From positions 64,110,001 to 64,174,000 of the forward strand of contig CM059438.1 in the NCBI GenBank assembly GCA_030390025.1: a DNA stretch of 64,000 bases, written 5' to 3'. The stretch comes from Squalus acanthias (taxonomy: Eukaryota). The notes under the pieces are model-generated. The model searched no databases. It was not told the DNA's origin and was given only the letters and a program-made list of their open reading frames with translations. Positions 23,354-35,965 of the stretch are shown here, piece after piece. Every line of letters starts with the position of its first letter. The first letter of the stretch is position 1. The position numbers and the translations under genes are program-made.

Positions 23354-25044
23354 CCTTCCAAAGTTCTAGCAGTACTGTGGCCTTTCTCTCACACCTTCCA
23401 CCCTCCTCTGGAAACCTTCAAGTGAGATGAGTGCAAGGCTGCTTTAAATATGGGCGCTGGAAACGAGTCATCAATGACGTCATTCAGTGAAAGTCGTTCT
23501 GAGCAGCGCGTTGCTCAATACATCGCGTTTCAGACCCGCTACGCCGCCCGCAATCACCCGACGCGAAGGTGAAAATTCTAGCCTACCTCCTGCAGCTCAT
23601 CTGAGACAAGCTCCTAAATTAGACTCCGGCACCATTCCACTCGAGTAATATGGCACGGTTTGTATCAATAAAGAGTCAAGAGCGCTTTGAATAATGGAGA
23701 CTGTTTAATACAAGAAAATGGTGTCAGAAATTGATCCGGTCGCAGCATTTATGCAGCCAATTTTACCTTTAGCTATGTCTTGATAGGCCTGAAAACTCAG
23801 CCCTTGCAGCCATTTTTTCAGTCACTCCAAGCTCAATTTTCAAAGCTGCTCCCACCCTTCAGATACGCATAGTGCTTTGAAGGGTTTGTTTATCTCTTCC
23901 ATTTTCTCCTTTCCACATCTGAAGGTGGTGACTCCCTTGCTTGGGGTATGGTTCTATAGATAGCAGGTGCCCTCTGGCTACTCTCCCAAGAGGCCATTAT
24001 TCATGTATGTGCCTTGGAAGGGTTCATTTAAAGGAATTACAAAGGATAGAGGAAAGTATACAGGATAAATCTGAGGTAAAAGTTGAAGTAAAATATTTTC
24101 AGCGGCAAGTGTCCTGCAGTGACCTCAAGACCATTAAGACAGGATTTCTTGGCCGCCCCACTGATTTTTTAGTGAGTCAAAGTGGTCGAGGGGCAAAAGA
24201 TTGCTTGGGGATGGATTCTGTCACCATCCCCCTTCTGCTGTATTTCTGCTCCCCGGGCTTGGCAGCGTTCGATATGCCTGCCATTATATGGGTGGCCGCA
24301 TTGAAACTATAGCCCTGATTAAAACTTAACCTGCCTGACGAGAACAGGTCAGACACCCACTTTACACCCCGCCCGATTTCAAACTCCAACGTGGAGCATA
24401 TGACCCGAACCCATCCCATTCTTGCCAAGCGGGTTTTGTTCAAATCGAAGCTTAAATATATATATATGGGAAGTACTACCTCCAACATATTTGCATCTTT
24501 AGAACGCTGGACACAAGGGATGTCCATCACTCCCGGACGATGTCAGGAAATCAAAGAATTTTGTTGACTTACAATTGGCTGTGCCATTGCTCTCCAAGTG
24601 ATGCTCTGCACAGGCCCAAAAGGTGAGCTGAAATTTTTTTCATACATTTTACCCGTTTTACAGGCAGCATGGAGGCCGCCTACGCTGCGGCAGGCTACTG
24701 ATGCCTGCAAGGAGCAAACCTCCAGTCGGTTTAAGCAGGACTACCTGCATCCAATGTTCAAATAAACCCAAGACCAGAAGATCCGCGGGGGTTCAAAGGA
24801 CCCATCTCTGTGGTGGGCGGATGTCCCGCCCCCTTGACCTAAATCCGCAGAAGCAGAAACTCTAGGCTTTAAAATTAATGGAAAGGTCATCAAGAGTTCA
24901 CCAAAACTAAAATCTCTTGTAAAATAACAAAACCTTTTAATAATGGCTCAATTCTCTGGAATGGAACTCCAGCCCAATAAGGGGACAAGTAGCAAAATGG
25001 ATAGTAAACTGGCTACAAAACAGGAAACAGTAGGGTTTTTAAAA

Positions 25045-25592
25045 ATTCTTTCCTGGGATGTGGGCTGCATTTATTGCCCATCCCTCATTGCCCTTGAGAA
25101 GGTGGTGAGCCGCCTTCTTGAACCGCTGTGGTCTGTGTGGTGAAGGTACTCCCACAGTGCTGTTAGGGAGGGAGTCCAGGATTTTGACCCAGCAACGATG
25201 AAGGATCGGCGATATATTTCCAAGTCAGGGTGGTGTGTAACATGGAGGGGAATTTGCAGGTGATGGTGTTCCCATGACCCTACTGCCCTTGTCCTTCTAG
25301 GTGGTAGAGGTCATGGGTTTGGGAGGTGCTGTTGAAGAAGCCTTGGCGAGTTGCTGCAGTGCATCTTGTAGATGGTACACACTGCAGCCACGGTGCGCTG
25401 GTGGTGGAGGGAGTGAATGTTTAAGGTGGTGGATGGGGTGCCAATCAAGCGGGCTGCTTTGTCCTGGATGCTGTCAAGCTTCTTGAGTGTTGTTGGAGCT
25501 GCACTCATCCAGGCAAGTGGAGAGTATTCCATCACACTCCTGACTTGTGCCTTGTAGATGGTAGAATGGCTTTGGGGAGTCAGGAGGTGAAA
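25045..25592 (-). mobile_element. 3' fragment of a second CR1/L2-group LINE family
   Basis: TIYKAQVRSVMEYSPLAW...IQDKAARLIG (RT thumb region); the same 3' end recurs at about 53600-53772 and 61378-61672. Confidence 0.8.
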
Positions 25593-25596
25593 CACT

Positions 25597-25915
25597 AATT
25601 ATAGTTAATACTGAGGAAAACTGCGACAAAATACAAGAAGATGTTAACAAACTTGCAGAATGGGTGTATAAATAGCAAATAAATTTCAATACAGATCAGT
25701 ATGAGGTGGTGCAATTTGGTATAAGGAATAATGTTGGAAGATAAGAGTTTAAATGGCGTAGAGGTGCAAAGGGAATTGGGGTACAGATTCACAAATCATT
25801 AAAAGTAGCAATGCAGGTTAACAAAGCCTTAAAAATGCAAATAAAGCACTGTGGTTCATTACCAGAGGAACAGAATTCAAAAGCAGAGAAGATCTGTTAA
25901 ACCTGTGCAGAACCA
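25597..25915 (+). mobile_element. Degraded CR1 RT fragment
   Basis: Recognisable GAGGTGCAAAGGGA..TGGGGGTACA and GGAACAGAATTCAAAAGCAGAGAAG blocks homologous to other CR1 copies. Confidence 0.7.
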
Positions 25916-26067
25916 GTTGAGTTGAAAGGACTGTTTCTGTGCTGTAAATTCTATGTAATTCAATGACATCACCCTTGAATGGCCTAGCTCTAATTTTAAG
26001 GTTACACCCCCTTGTTCTGAATGGCCTGGCTCTTTGTTCTGGATTCTCCCAAAAGAGGAAATAGTTT

Positions 26068-26821
26068 GGGGGAGAAATTCAGTCTAACCCCGTTTGGGGC
26101 GCTAAAACTTGAAAAGTTGAAAAATTAGCACCAGGCGTTAATCATTCTCACCTCCCGCGATATTCAGTTTCAGCGCTCCAAGAGGGAAGTGGTGCGCTAA
26201 ATCAAGCGCTAACCACTTCTCTTATGGCGCTAAAGTCTGAGAGCGGGGTGGTAGCGGCAGAGCGCTGAACAATTTCGAGCGCATTGTAAACGGCGCTCTT
26301 TCATCACAGAGGCTGCTTCCCTCGCTTACAGGGAAGGGCCAATGATGCTGCACAAGCTCGTTGTCATCAGTTCTGTTTTGCAAGGCGACCTGGGCGACTG
26401 CCATTACAGCCCCAAACACTCCCACAAAGTGTTGGACATCTTGCACCAACGAAACATTAAAAACTTTGTGCAGGCACCAAACTGGTGCAAATAATAAAGG
26501 GTGCGTTAGCTGAAAAGCATTCCCTTTAATTACCGCTCCCGAAGCGGCCAGCCGAGTTGACAACCCCTCCTCTTGCTGGCGTTGTCGGCACGAGGCGATA
26601 AAACGGGGCGCAAGTGAATTTTCTATCCGGGGCGATAACGGGGCGCTGCGCACTTTATGACGTCACGATCTGCGAGGCGCTAGAGACCCAGGCGCTAAAA
26701 GTTACCGGCATTGAAGTTCATGGGCGTCGCTGCATTCGCCGCGCTCGGGCGCTAACCCCTTAGTGCCCCATTAGCGCCCCCGCCAGGCGCTAATGGGAAG
26801 CGCTAACATACCAAATTTCTC
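26068..26821. mobile_element. GC-rich PIF/Harbinger-type MITE, right end clipped
   Basis: Left TIR GGGGGAGAAATT after TTT; inverted relative of 3664-4521; right end AAATTTCTC lacks the terminal C run. Confidence 0.8.
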
Positions 26822-27159
26822 TATCTGAGCAGCCAATCAAAAGGCAGAATTTTTTTATATCTACTCTATCAAATACTTTAATCATTTTAAACACCTCAAT
26901 TAGATCAACCGTTAATCTTCTATATTCAAGGGACTACAAGCCTAGTCCATGCAACCTGTCCTTGTAATTTAATCCTTTTAGCCCCGGTATCATTCTGGTG
27001 AATCTGCGCTGCACCCCCTGCAAGGCCAATATATCCACCCTCAGGTAGGGTGTCCAGAACTGAACGCAGTGCTCCAGGTGGGGTCTAACCAGAGCTTTAT
27101 ACAGCTGTAGCATAACTTCCACCCCTTTGTATTCCAGTCCCCTTGAGATAAAGGCCAAC

Positions 27160-27530
27160 GGCAAGAGAGCCCCAGGTGGGCAGAGGAAACGCTTCAAGGA
27201 CACCCTCAAAGCCTCCTTGAAAAAGTGCAACATCCCCACCGACACCTGGGAATCCCTGGCCCAAGATCGCACAAAGTGGAGGAGAAGCATCTGGGAAGGC
27301 GCCGAACACCTTGAGTCTCTTCGCCGGGAGCAAGCGGAAGCCAAGCGCAAACAGCGGAAGGAGTGCACGTCAACCCAAGCACCCCACCCACCCGCCCCTT
27401 CAACCACCGTCTGCCCCACCTGTGACAGAGACTGTAGGTCCCGCATTGGACTCATCAGTCACCTGAGAACTCATTTTTAGTGTGGAAGCAAGTCATCCTC
27501 GGATCCGAGGGACTGCCTAAGAAGAAGAAG
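27160..27530 (+). mobile_element. RTE-clade LINE 3' end with TSD
   Basis: GGQRKRFKDTLKASLK...CPTCDRDCRSRIGLISHLRTH; (AAG)n tail; ATAAAGGCCAAC duplicated at 27148-27159 and 27531-27542. Confidence 0.93.
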
Positions 27531-27716
27531 ATAAAGGCCAACATCCCATTAGCCTTTTGAATGTTTTTTTTCGTACCCGCCCACTAGCTTTTAGGCCATT
27601 AGTTTTTCCCCTTCCTTAGCTCAGGGAACTGAAGCCAAGCAACATAAAGTGGACATCAAGCCTTGAAAGTTTGTTGTCTGTACAGCTCAGATGTGCACTG
27701 ACTGCACTCACTCAGT

Positions 27717-28496
27717 GGCCCAGAATTAGCGGTCCGCAGCAAAGCGAAGGCGTCCGCTGCTGGCCCCGGAGTACACTTTGCACAGGGACCTCGCCATCCC
27801 TGTGTCGACCTTCAATTCAAATCAACAGAAGTCAGTGGGGATTCCCTTGTACGAGCTGCTGTGATGTCACCAGGGTGTCTAAGCAACCAATCAAAAGGCA
27901 GAATTCTCACAGACAGCGGACAAGGAAGTGAGTAAGCCCTTAAAATTCTCAAGTTTTCAAAACGTTAGAGAGAGAAAAACCAAGATTGGGGCTCTCACAT
28001 GGAGAAAGGGCAAACCTGAAATGAAGATGGACCAAACGTTAATAAAAATGTAAGACAGTTTTTTTGAAAAGTTTCATTTTTTTATTAAAATGGACAAATT
28101 TCACACGGCACAAAATTAAAATGAGTTTCCCAGGCCCTTTACATTTGTTTAGCAGTCAATACCTTGTTAAAACCCCAGTTACACCTAATCCCTTTGGTTG
28201 TATCTTTTAGTGCGGAGTTTAACAGCGTAATTACTGCGGAAGAGCCGAGGTTTTCGTCAGTTTCCCTGATTTGGCTGATTACGCAGATTGCCGGCTGTGG
28301 TGGTGGCGGTGGGGCGGCAGGGTGTGGGGGGCGGTGGGTGCACAGCGCAGCCTGCTTTGGAGCTGTCAATGACAGACCGCAACTTCAGGACTTCCGCATG
28401 CGCCTGCGCCAAATCCCCAAGTTGCCGTCAGTTTCAAAGGCGGAATAGCGGCGAACGCTGCCAGTTCGCCATCATCCCGACCACAAATTCCGGGCC
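27717..28496. mobile_element. MITE with GC-rich ends and AT-rich centre
   Basis: TIR GGCCCAGAATT / AATTCCGGGCC; flanks AGT / ATT (one mismatch). Confidence 0.72.
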
Positions 28497-28926
28497 ATTA
28501 GTTTAAGGGAGAGCCAAATGCTCATGTGAGTTTCTGACAGTCTAGTGCAACTTCTACTGGTTATGGACCATTCTCAGTAGACTTGGCACCGGTTAAAAAG
28601 CAGTCATTTGCTGTCAGATAAAAATAGGAAAAGTCAAGAGAGTTGGTGGGGGCGGGGGAAATTACCTCACGATAAAAGTGAACAATGAAAACGGCCACAG
28701 TTGGAACTTCAATTTTATCAGTGGCAATTCAGAAGAAAATTTTCTGTCTGAACTGTGTGATTAGCAATTTGTATTCAATGTCCGTAATGCATTAAATTTC
28801 ATTTGGACTTCATTTGTTTTGGAGTGCCGACCCTTTTGGTGGATTTGTCTTGTTTTCACAGACAGAATTCCAATACATTCAGGCTAGTGTCAGAGGCGAG
28901 GTTATTAACAGCTCCGATATTATTCC

Positions 28927-29625
28927 ATAGGATTACATAAAGTGTACAACACAGAAACAGGCCATTCGGCCCAACTGCTCCGTGCCGGTGTTTATGCTCC
29001 ACAGGAGCCTCCTCCCACTCCTCTTCAACTAATCCTATCAGCATAGCCTTCTATTCCTTTTTTCTTGCAGTGTCAGCTGTGGCTCAGTTGGTAGCACTCT
29101 TGCCTTTGAGTCAGAAGGTCGTGGGTTCATAGTCCCACTGCAGAGACTTGAGCACAAAAATCTAGGCTGACACTCCAGTGCAGTGCTGAGGGAGTGCAGC
29201 ACTGTTGGAGAGTGCCGTCTTTTGGACCGAGGCCCCGTCTGCTCTCTTGGGTAGATGCAAATAGATCCCATGGCACTATTTCGAAGAAGAGCAGGGGAGG
29301 TATCGGTGTCCTGGCCAATATTTATCCCTCAATCCACAACACTAAAAACAGATTATCTGGTCATTATCTCATTGCTGTTAGTGGGAGCTTGCTGTGCGCA
29401 AATTGGCTGTCGCGTTTCCCACATTACAACAGTGACTACACTTCAAAAGTACTTCATTGGCTGTAAAGCGCTTTGGGACATCCGGTGGTCATGAAAGGTA
29501 CTACATAAATGCAGTCTTTCTGTTTCATTTTCCTTCGTGTGCTTATCTAGCTTCACCGTAAGTGCATCGAAGCGATTTGTCTCAACTACTCCCTGTGGGA
29601 GCGAGTTCCACATGCTAACCACTCT
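28927..29625 (-). mobile_element. CR1 3' end interrupted by a full-length SINE
   Basis: CATAGGATTACATA tail and GAAACAGGCCATTCGGCCC; resumes at about 29530 (VVSMWNSLPQGVVE). Confidence 0.75.
29071..29521 (+). mobile_element. Full-length tRNA-derived Deu-domain SINE
   Basis: A-box GTGGCTCAGTTGGTAG, B-box-like GGTTCATAGTCC, Deu core, and L2-like 3' end ...TAAATGCAGTCTTTC. Confidence 0.9.
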
Positions 29626-30757
29626 TGCCTCAGCTGGATGTTTCCTATTTCCTCTCGGTGCACAGAGCGGTTCCCTCAACTGATGCACGGTTAGTCGTTA
29701 GTAAATTACCCCGTTAGACGGTAGGTTTCAAGACGTTGTTGGTTTGGTGTCAGCGTTACATTACAATTAAAATGAAGCCTTTAGATGGCACATGTCTGAA
29801 TAACTACAGTTTTCTCCCAGATGGATTTCAAGATCTGCTGGCTTCATCTTTCTCTCTTGGGATATTTTTAGTACTTTGTTTTTATTAAACATGACCAGTT
29901 CACCCTTTGATGTACTGGCAGCTAATCAGAGAGTTCACTAACCATTATACCCTTGGTTATATTTCAATCGTTGAAAAGCTACTATTACCAGAAGCTACAG
30001 ATATCTTTTTGGCTTCGACAGATTAGGGCGACATCGGCTGTCTTTTGTCTTGCGGAACAAGAGGCCGAGAATTCATCAGGAGGTCCACTGGTCTGCAGCC
30101 GTAACTCTGGTGGGAAGCCATTGAACCACCCCCACCCCAGAAAATGGTAGCGACCCTGTAGCGTCAGACCTCCACCATTTCCAGCCGTTTCCAACTTGCC
30201 ATGTAAGTGGCAGGAACTCCGCCCGTCCTTTACAAGGCTAATGTCATGGGGGTGCGGGTAGAACCAGACCAGCAAGGACTCCCTACACTAGCAGGTCCCG
30301 CTCCAAGTGCTGTAAGATTACTTTCTCTGGGGGGAAGTGGGAGCGGGGGTCTCGCCTCACTCCCCTCCAAAGTGTTACTGCAACTTTGGTGTAACAGTGA
30401 AACGGAAATCACGACACAAAGATGCTAAAGTCGCAGCATGAAGACACCTTAAAACAGGAATGCCCAACCTTTAGAGTTTGGAGCTAAGTGCAGTGGCCTC
30501 GGTTGCGCCTATTTCTTTTTTTGGCATAATTTGGCCGACACCGACACAATAGACAGTGGAATTTTAAGCACAAATTACATTCAGCGTGAATCGAGTTTCC
30601 ACGACCTTATGCGCTAGTTTTAAAAACATCGTGCTAGAAGCTGGCCCCGCCCACAAAACTGGCCACGCCCCCCAGGGTGAATTAATCAGAATTGGGAGTT
30701 TCCACTAATTGTGCTCGTTTGCGGGCCTTCAAGATCTAAAAATTAAGCTGGTTCTTT

Positions 30758-30968
30758 TAAAGAAAGAAAGGCGTGCGTTTATATAGCACCTTTCACGACC
30801 ACCGGACGTCTCAAAGCGCTTTACAGCCAATGAAGTACTTTTGGAGTGTATTCACTGTTGTAATGTAGGAAATGCGGCAGCCAATTTGCGCACAGCAAGC
30901 TCCCACAAACAGCAATGTGATAATGATCAGATAATCTGTTTTTGTTATGTTGATTGAGGGGTAAATAT
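30758..30968 (-). mobile_element. Deu-SINE 3' fragment
   Basis: Reverse complement of the 3' half of 29071-29521 with (AAAG)n tail. Confidence 0.85.
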
Positions 30969-31302
30969 TTTGGGTTTAAGGACACTAATAGGCATGTTTT
31001 AAAAGCTTTTGAATGAATTTTCTTTTTAATTTACTAAAAACTGACTGCTGTACACCAGTATAACTGTAAAATAGTTCTGTATATTTTTTCAAAGTTATTT
31101 TCAGTAATTTAAAATCGGGTTACTCACAGATGGTTGATTGACACTGTGAATTAAAATCCAATTTTTTTGTGATAAATCTATTGGCTGTATTAATCAAACT
31201 GCATCTAGTTACCACTCTTAAATATATCAAGTAATATTTTTTAAAGCAAAATTTTATTTAAAAATTTTTTAATTTAATTAAATAAAACAAGGTCATATAG
31301 GG

Positions 31303-32260
31303 ATGGCAGTGCAGGTGGTGTGCCGCAACTGCAGCATGTGGGAGTTTGTGGAGAGCATTGTGATCCCGGACAACCACGTTTGCAGTAAGTGCCTGCATCT
31401 TGAGGAACTTCAGCTCAGAGTTTTTGAGCTGGAGTCTGAGGTGCAGACATTGCGGGGCATCAGGGATGGGGAGAGTTACCTGGACACTTTGATCCAGGAG
31501 GCAGTCACATCCCTTAGGTTAGGTAGTGGTACAGGTCTGGTTAGTGGTCAGGGACAGGGGGGTGAGACTGCAACTCAGGCAGGTAAGGGGACCCCAGGTG
31601 CAGTGCTGGAGGAGCCTCAGCCTTTGCCCTTGTCCAACAGGTATGAGGCTCTTGCTGCCTGTGTGGATGAGGGAAAAGCCTGCAGGATGGATGAGCAAGC
31701 TGACCATGGCACCATGATGCAGGAGGCCACTCAAATGGGGAGGGGGGGTTGAAAGGGAATGTTGTTGTGGTAGGGGACAGTATAGTCAGGGGGATAGATG
31801 CTGTTCTCTGCTGCCGTGACCGACAGTTTTAAAGGTTGTGTTGCCTGCCAGGGTTAAAGGCATCTCCTCGCGGCTGGAGGAGAACTTGGAGTGGGAGGGG
31901 GAGGATCCAGTTGTCGTGGTCCACGTAGGAACCAACGACATAGGTAGAACTAGGAATTGGGTTCTGCTGAGGGAGTTTAAGGAGCTAGGATCCAATTTAA
32001 AAAGCAGAACCTCAAAAGTAATAATCTCTGGATTGTTACCTGAGCCACGCGCAAATTGGCATAGGGGCAAACATATTCGAAATTTAAATGCGTGGCTCAA
32101 AGAGTGATGTGGGAGGAAGGGGTTTCAGTTTATGGGGCACTGGCACCAGTACTGGGGAAAGAGAGAGCTGTTCCATTGGGACGGGCTCCGCTTAAACCAG
32201 GCTGGGACCAGTGTCCTGGCAAACTGAATAACTAGGGCAGTCGACAGGGCTTTAAACTAA
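31303..32260 (+). pseudogene. CR1 ORF1 (Cys-rich N-terminus, coiled coil, SGNH esterase-like domain)
   Basis: VCRNCSMWE...CSKC, PLSNRYEAL, VVVGDSIVRG (DNA at about 31762-31793), VVHVGTNDIG, VIISGLLPEP; frameshifts and stops. Confidence 0.88.
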
Positions 32261-33633
32261 TGAAGTGGGGGGTGGGAGGATTCAGGAAAGAGTAACTTTA
32301 AAAGCAGCGAGAGAAATGTCAAAGCTCTAGAGCAGAGTAGAGTTTCGGGTAAAAATAAGCAGAGTGGGTCAGGAAGGGACAGCGAGAGTAACAAAGGTAA
32401 TAAGGCATCAGTGACTAAGGTGACATCAGGGAAAAATAGAAATAAGTCAAAGTTAAAAGCACTATATCTGAATGCCCGAATCATTCACAACAAAATAGAT
32501 GAATTAATAGCGCAGATAGAAATGAATAGGTTTGATCTAATAGCCATTACGGAGACATGGTTGCAATGTGGCCAAGGTTGGGAACTAAATATTCCAGGAT
32601 ACTTAACTTTTATAAGAGATAGGCAAAATGGAAAAGGAGGAGGGATAGCCCTGATAATAAAAGATGGGATAAAGACAGTAGAGAGAAAGGATCTTAGCTC
32701 CGCAAATCAAGAAGTAGAATCAGTTTGGGTGGAGCTAAGAAACAGCAAGGGGCAGAAAACATTGGTGGGAGTTGTTTATAGGCCCCCAAACAGTAGTTGT
32801 AATGTAGGGCAGAGTATAAATCAAGAAAATAGAGGCACATGTAACAAGGGTAATACAGTAATCATGGGGGACTTTAAACTACATATAAACTGGGCAAACC
32901 AAACTTGCAGTAATAGTGTGGAGGACGAATTCATGGAATGTATGCAAGATAGTTTTCTAGATCAGTATGTTGAGGAACTAACTAAGGAACAGGCTATTTT
33001 AGATCTAGTATTGTGCAACGAGAAAGGGTTAATTAATAACCTTGTAGTAAAGGGGCCTTTAGGGAAGAGTGACCATAATATGATAGTATTTTATATTGAG
33101 TTTGAAAGTGATTCAGTTAAATCCGAAACTAGGGTCTTAAATCTAAACAAAGCAAACTACGTAGGTATGAGGGGTGAGTTGGCTAAGGTAGATTGGGAAA
33201 CTACATTAAAAGGTATGATGGTAGAGAAGCAATGGCTAGCATTTAACGAATTAATACTTAATTTACAACAAATATACATTCCTTTAAGGCACAAAACCCC
33301 ACAGGAAAAGTGGTCCAATCGTGGCTAACAAGAGAAGTTAAAGATCATATTAGTTCAATGGAAGAGGCTTATAATGTTGCCAGAAGGAATAGTAAGCCTG
33401 AGGATTGGGAGGATTTTAGAAATCTGTAAAGGAGGACCAAGAAATTGATAAAGAAAGGGAAAATAGAATATAAGAGTAAACTAGCGAGAGACATAAAGAC
33501 AGACTGTAAAAGCTTCTATAGGTATGTAAAAAGGAAAAGATTAGCGAAAGTAAATGTGAGTCCCTTACAGGCTGAGACAAGAGAAATTATAATGCGGAAT
33601 AAGGAAATGGCAGAGAAATTAAACAAACACTTT

Positions 33634-35965
33634 GGCCGCTATTTTGCTGGTGTTCAGAGGGCGGGTTCGGAGGCGGGTCAGGTGTTAAATTCAAAATGAT
33701 TTGAAGGTGGGTTGGGAACCCGCCGCGAACCCGTCTCCACGCCAGTTTCCAAAGTGTCGGGTCTGCGCCTTCAGACCAGACCCGCCACCAAACGGCGGGA
33801 GAGACACTTAAGGGAGTTAACAGTTTGTTAACTCCTTGAAATGTTATTTTTCCAGGCTTATTCCAATTTCACACATTTTCAACGTGTTTCACGTCATTCG
33901 GCAAACACAGCAGCTGAGTGTGTCGGGTCTTCCAACGAGCTGAATAGTTCACAGCTGCAAGTGTTGCATAAAACTATCACATCAGTTCATTTTCAAATGG
34001 CCGAAGTTGCTGAATTCATGATTTGGAGGACACCTTTGAGCTGTATTGAGGTTGTAAGTGTATGTTGTGAACTCTATATGCAGTGTCACCTCCTCGAAAT
34101 AAGTTCTCTCCCCATTGACTTACTCCTGATGACATCTCATCCTCAACTGCCAGATATAACAGCAGAATGGGAACCATTTATACTCTCTCATCCTGGTCCT
34201 CAGATTCGGAAGAGGGCAACGCATTGAAACATTCACATGACAATAAAATAAAAGAAAACAAACGTTACACTGATTTATATGAAAGCACCCAAGTGACTAC
34301 CCTTGTGACTATTTCTGTGTTAGCTTTCTCTTACGCGTGCTTCTACGTGGTGCTTCCCCTGTGGCTTCAGCAGATGCAGAGGCAGCCTGCTCACTTCCCT
34401 GCTGCGCCTGCTTAGACACCTTTGGCGGTCGTCCTCTTCCTGCGGCTGTGCAGGGGCAGACTTGGCCATTTCTGTTGGGGGAGGCATCTGGGGCTCTGAC
34501 CGGGTTGGCAATGGAATGGCAGTGTGAGCGCTTGGAGAGGAGCCCCCATGCCCATTTCCCTTTCCACCACCATCCCTCTCATGGGCCACCCGCACTTCTC
34601 TGCCAGCAAGTTGCTGGAGAGCACCTTGCTGCACATCAGTGGGGCTATGAGGACCCATGTCTGTGCTGACATTCCTCATAACAAGGACGTCCATGAACCT
34701 CTGGTTTCCCTCCTCGATAGATGCCCATCTATCCTCCATAGCTGACCCTCTATTTAGAAGTGTTACCATGTTCTCCTGTGTCTGACAATTTATGTCATCC
34801 ATGGAGGTTGCCATCCTTTCCATGGTGGGACCTACATTTGCAAAGCCTGCACCATGGTGCTGCTCCTATTTGAGATGGACTCCTCCATTCTCTGCATACT
34901 CGCAGTGACCGTGGTTGCTAACCCAGTCAGAGATGTTTGGAAAATAATTCCCTCACCAGGTTGTTCGACTGAGCCCGTCTCTCCGTCCCCCACTTCAAAC
35001 TCCTCAGCACCACCAACAATGTCCAGAGCTGACTCCTCAGCATGGGTGAGCTGCGCTACGGACGGTGGTCCTCCGCCTGTTCTCTCCCTCCCTCTTATTG
35101 TGGGATCTCTTTTCCTGCAATGAGGGACAGAAGTGCAGTTTTAGTGAGAGTGATGGAATGAATGTAAAGAATGGAGAGGATAGATGTTTAGAGGGAGACT
35201 ATGATGCAGTGAGATGCCAATACCAATTTCCTTCCTTGTGAGTTGTTAGTTGTCATGGCATAACATTGAGAGTGAGTGTCAGGGGTGCATAGTAAGATGG
35301 GGATGTGATTCTGTACATCGGGAGATACGGATGGGTGACGGTGCAAGGGATGTTGGGGTGAGTTAGGATGTGCAGGAGTAGGGCTGGCAATGCAGAGTGA
35401 TGGGGATGTAAAGACAGGCACAGCAGAATGAAGGTAAGTGTGCTCTTATACTCACTTTTGCTGAACGCAGGAGATCATTGAACCTCTTCCTACACTGGAC
35501 CCAGGTGCGTGTACAGATAGATCTTGCACTGACCTCTGCAACTATTTGCAGCCAGGCTGCCTTGGTGTGCTGAGGAGGCTTCCTCCTTCCATCCAAAGGG
35601 AACAGTATCTCCTTGCGCCCTCTTACTCCCTCAACAAGTACATGGAGGGAGCCATCATCGAAACGGGGAGCAGCCTTGGTTCTAGGAGCAGTCATCTCGG
35701 CAAACACCAGCACTCAGAAGCATCAAAATGTAAATGAAAGGCGAAGGGTACACGGCCCCCTTAAATACAACTGCTTCAAATACATCATCACAGGCGAACA
35801 GCAGACCCGCACCCACTGATTGGGCCGGGTAACACGCACAGTGGGCTTCATTAGCCTAATCTACTCAAAATCGTTAGCGCAGAGCGGATGGGACCGGCAG
35901 CGGGTCCAGAACCCGCCAAACACCTAACCCAATGCGAACCCACCTCCAGCCAGAAAGTCCAGCCC
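33634..35965. mobile_element. Internally deleted Harbinger element retaining the Myb/SANT gene
   Basis: Clean insertion in CR1 ORF2 with 3-bp TTT/TCT flanks; right end GAAAGTCCAGCCC resembles the TIR of 4673-5431; internal homology to 19349-23583. Confidence 0.87.
34320..35695 (-). pseudogene. Harbinger Myb/SANT-like gene (spliced, frameshifted)
   Basis: Exon 1 35695-35456 MTAPRTKAAPRFDDGSL...AWLQI...RTWVQCRKRFNDLLRSAK then GTGAGT; exon 2 after TTGCAG at 35114 EKRSHNKRE..TGGGPPSVAQLT. Confidence 0.82.

Larger units (their letters stand above)
19349..23583. mobile_element. PIF/Harbinger DNA transposon (defective), transposase and Myb/SANT genes convergent
   Basis: Imperfect TIRs GGCCGGAATGTTC / GAAAATTCTAGCC, TAC duplicated at 19346-19348 and 23584-23586; contains both Harbinger genes. 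Confidence 0.9.
25970..27570 (-). mobile_element. CR1 3' fragment hosting a MITE and an RTE insertion
   Basis: LAFISRGLEYKGVEVMLQLYKALVRPHLEHCVQFW on minus strand at 26934-27159; continues after 27531 and before 26068. Confidence 0.8.
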
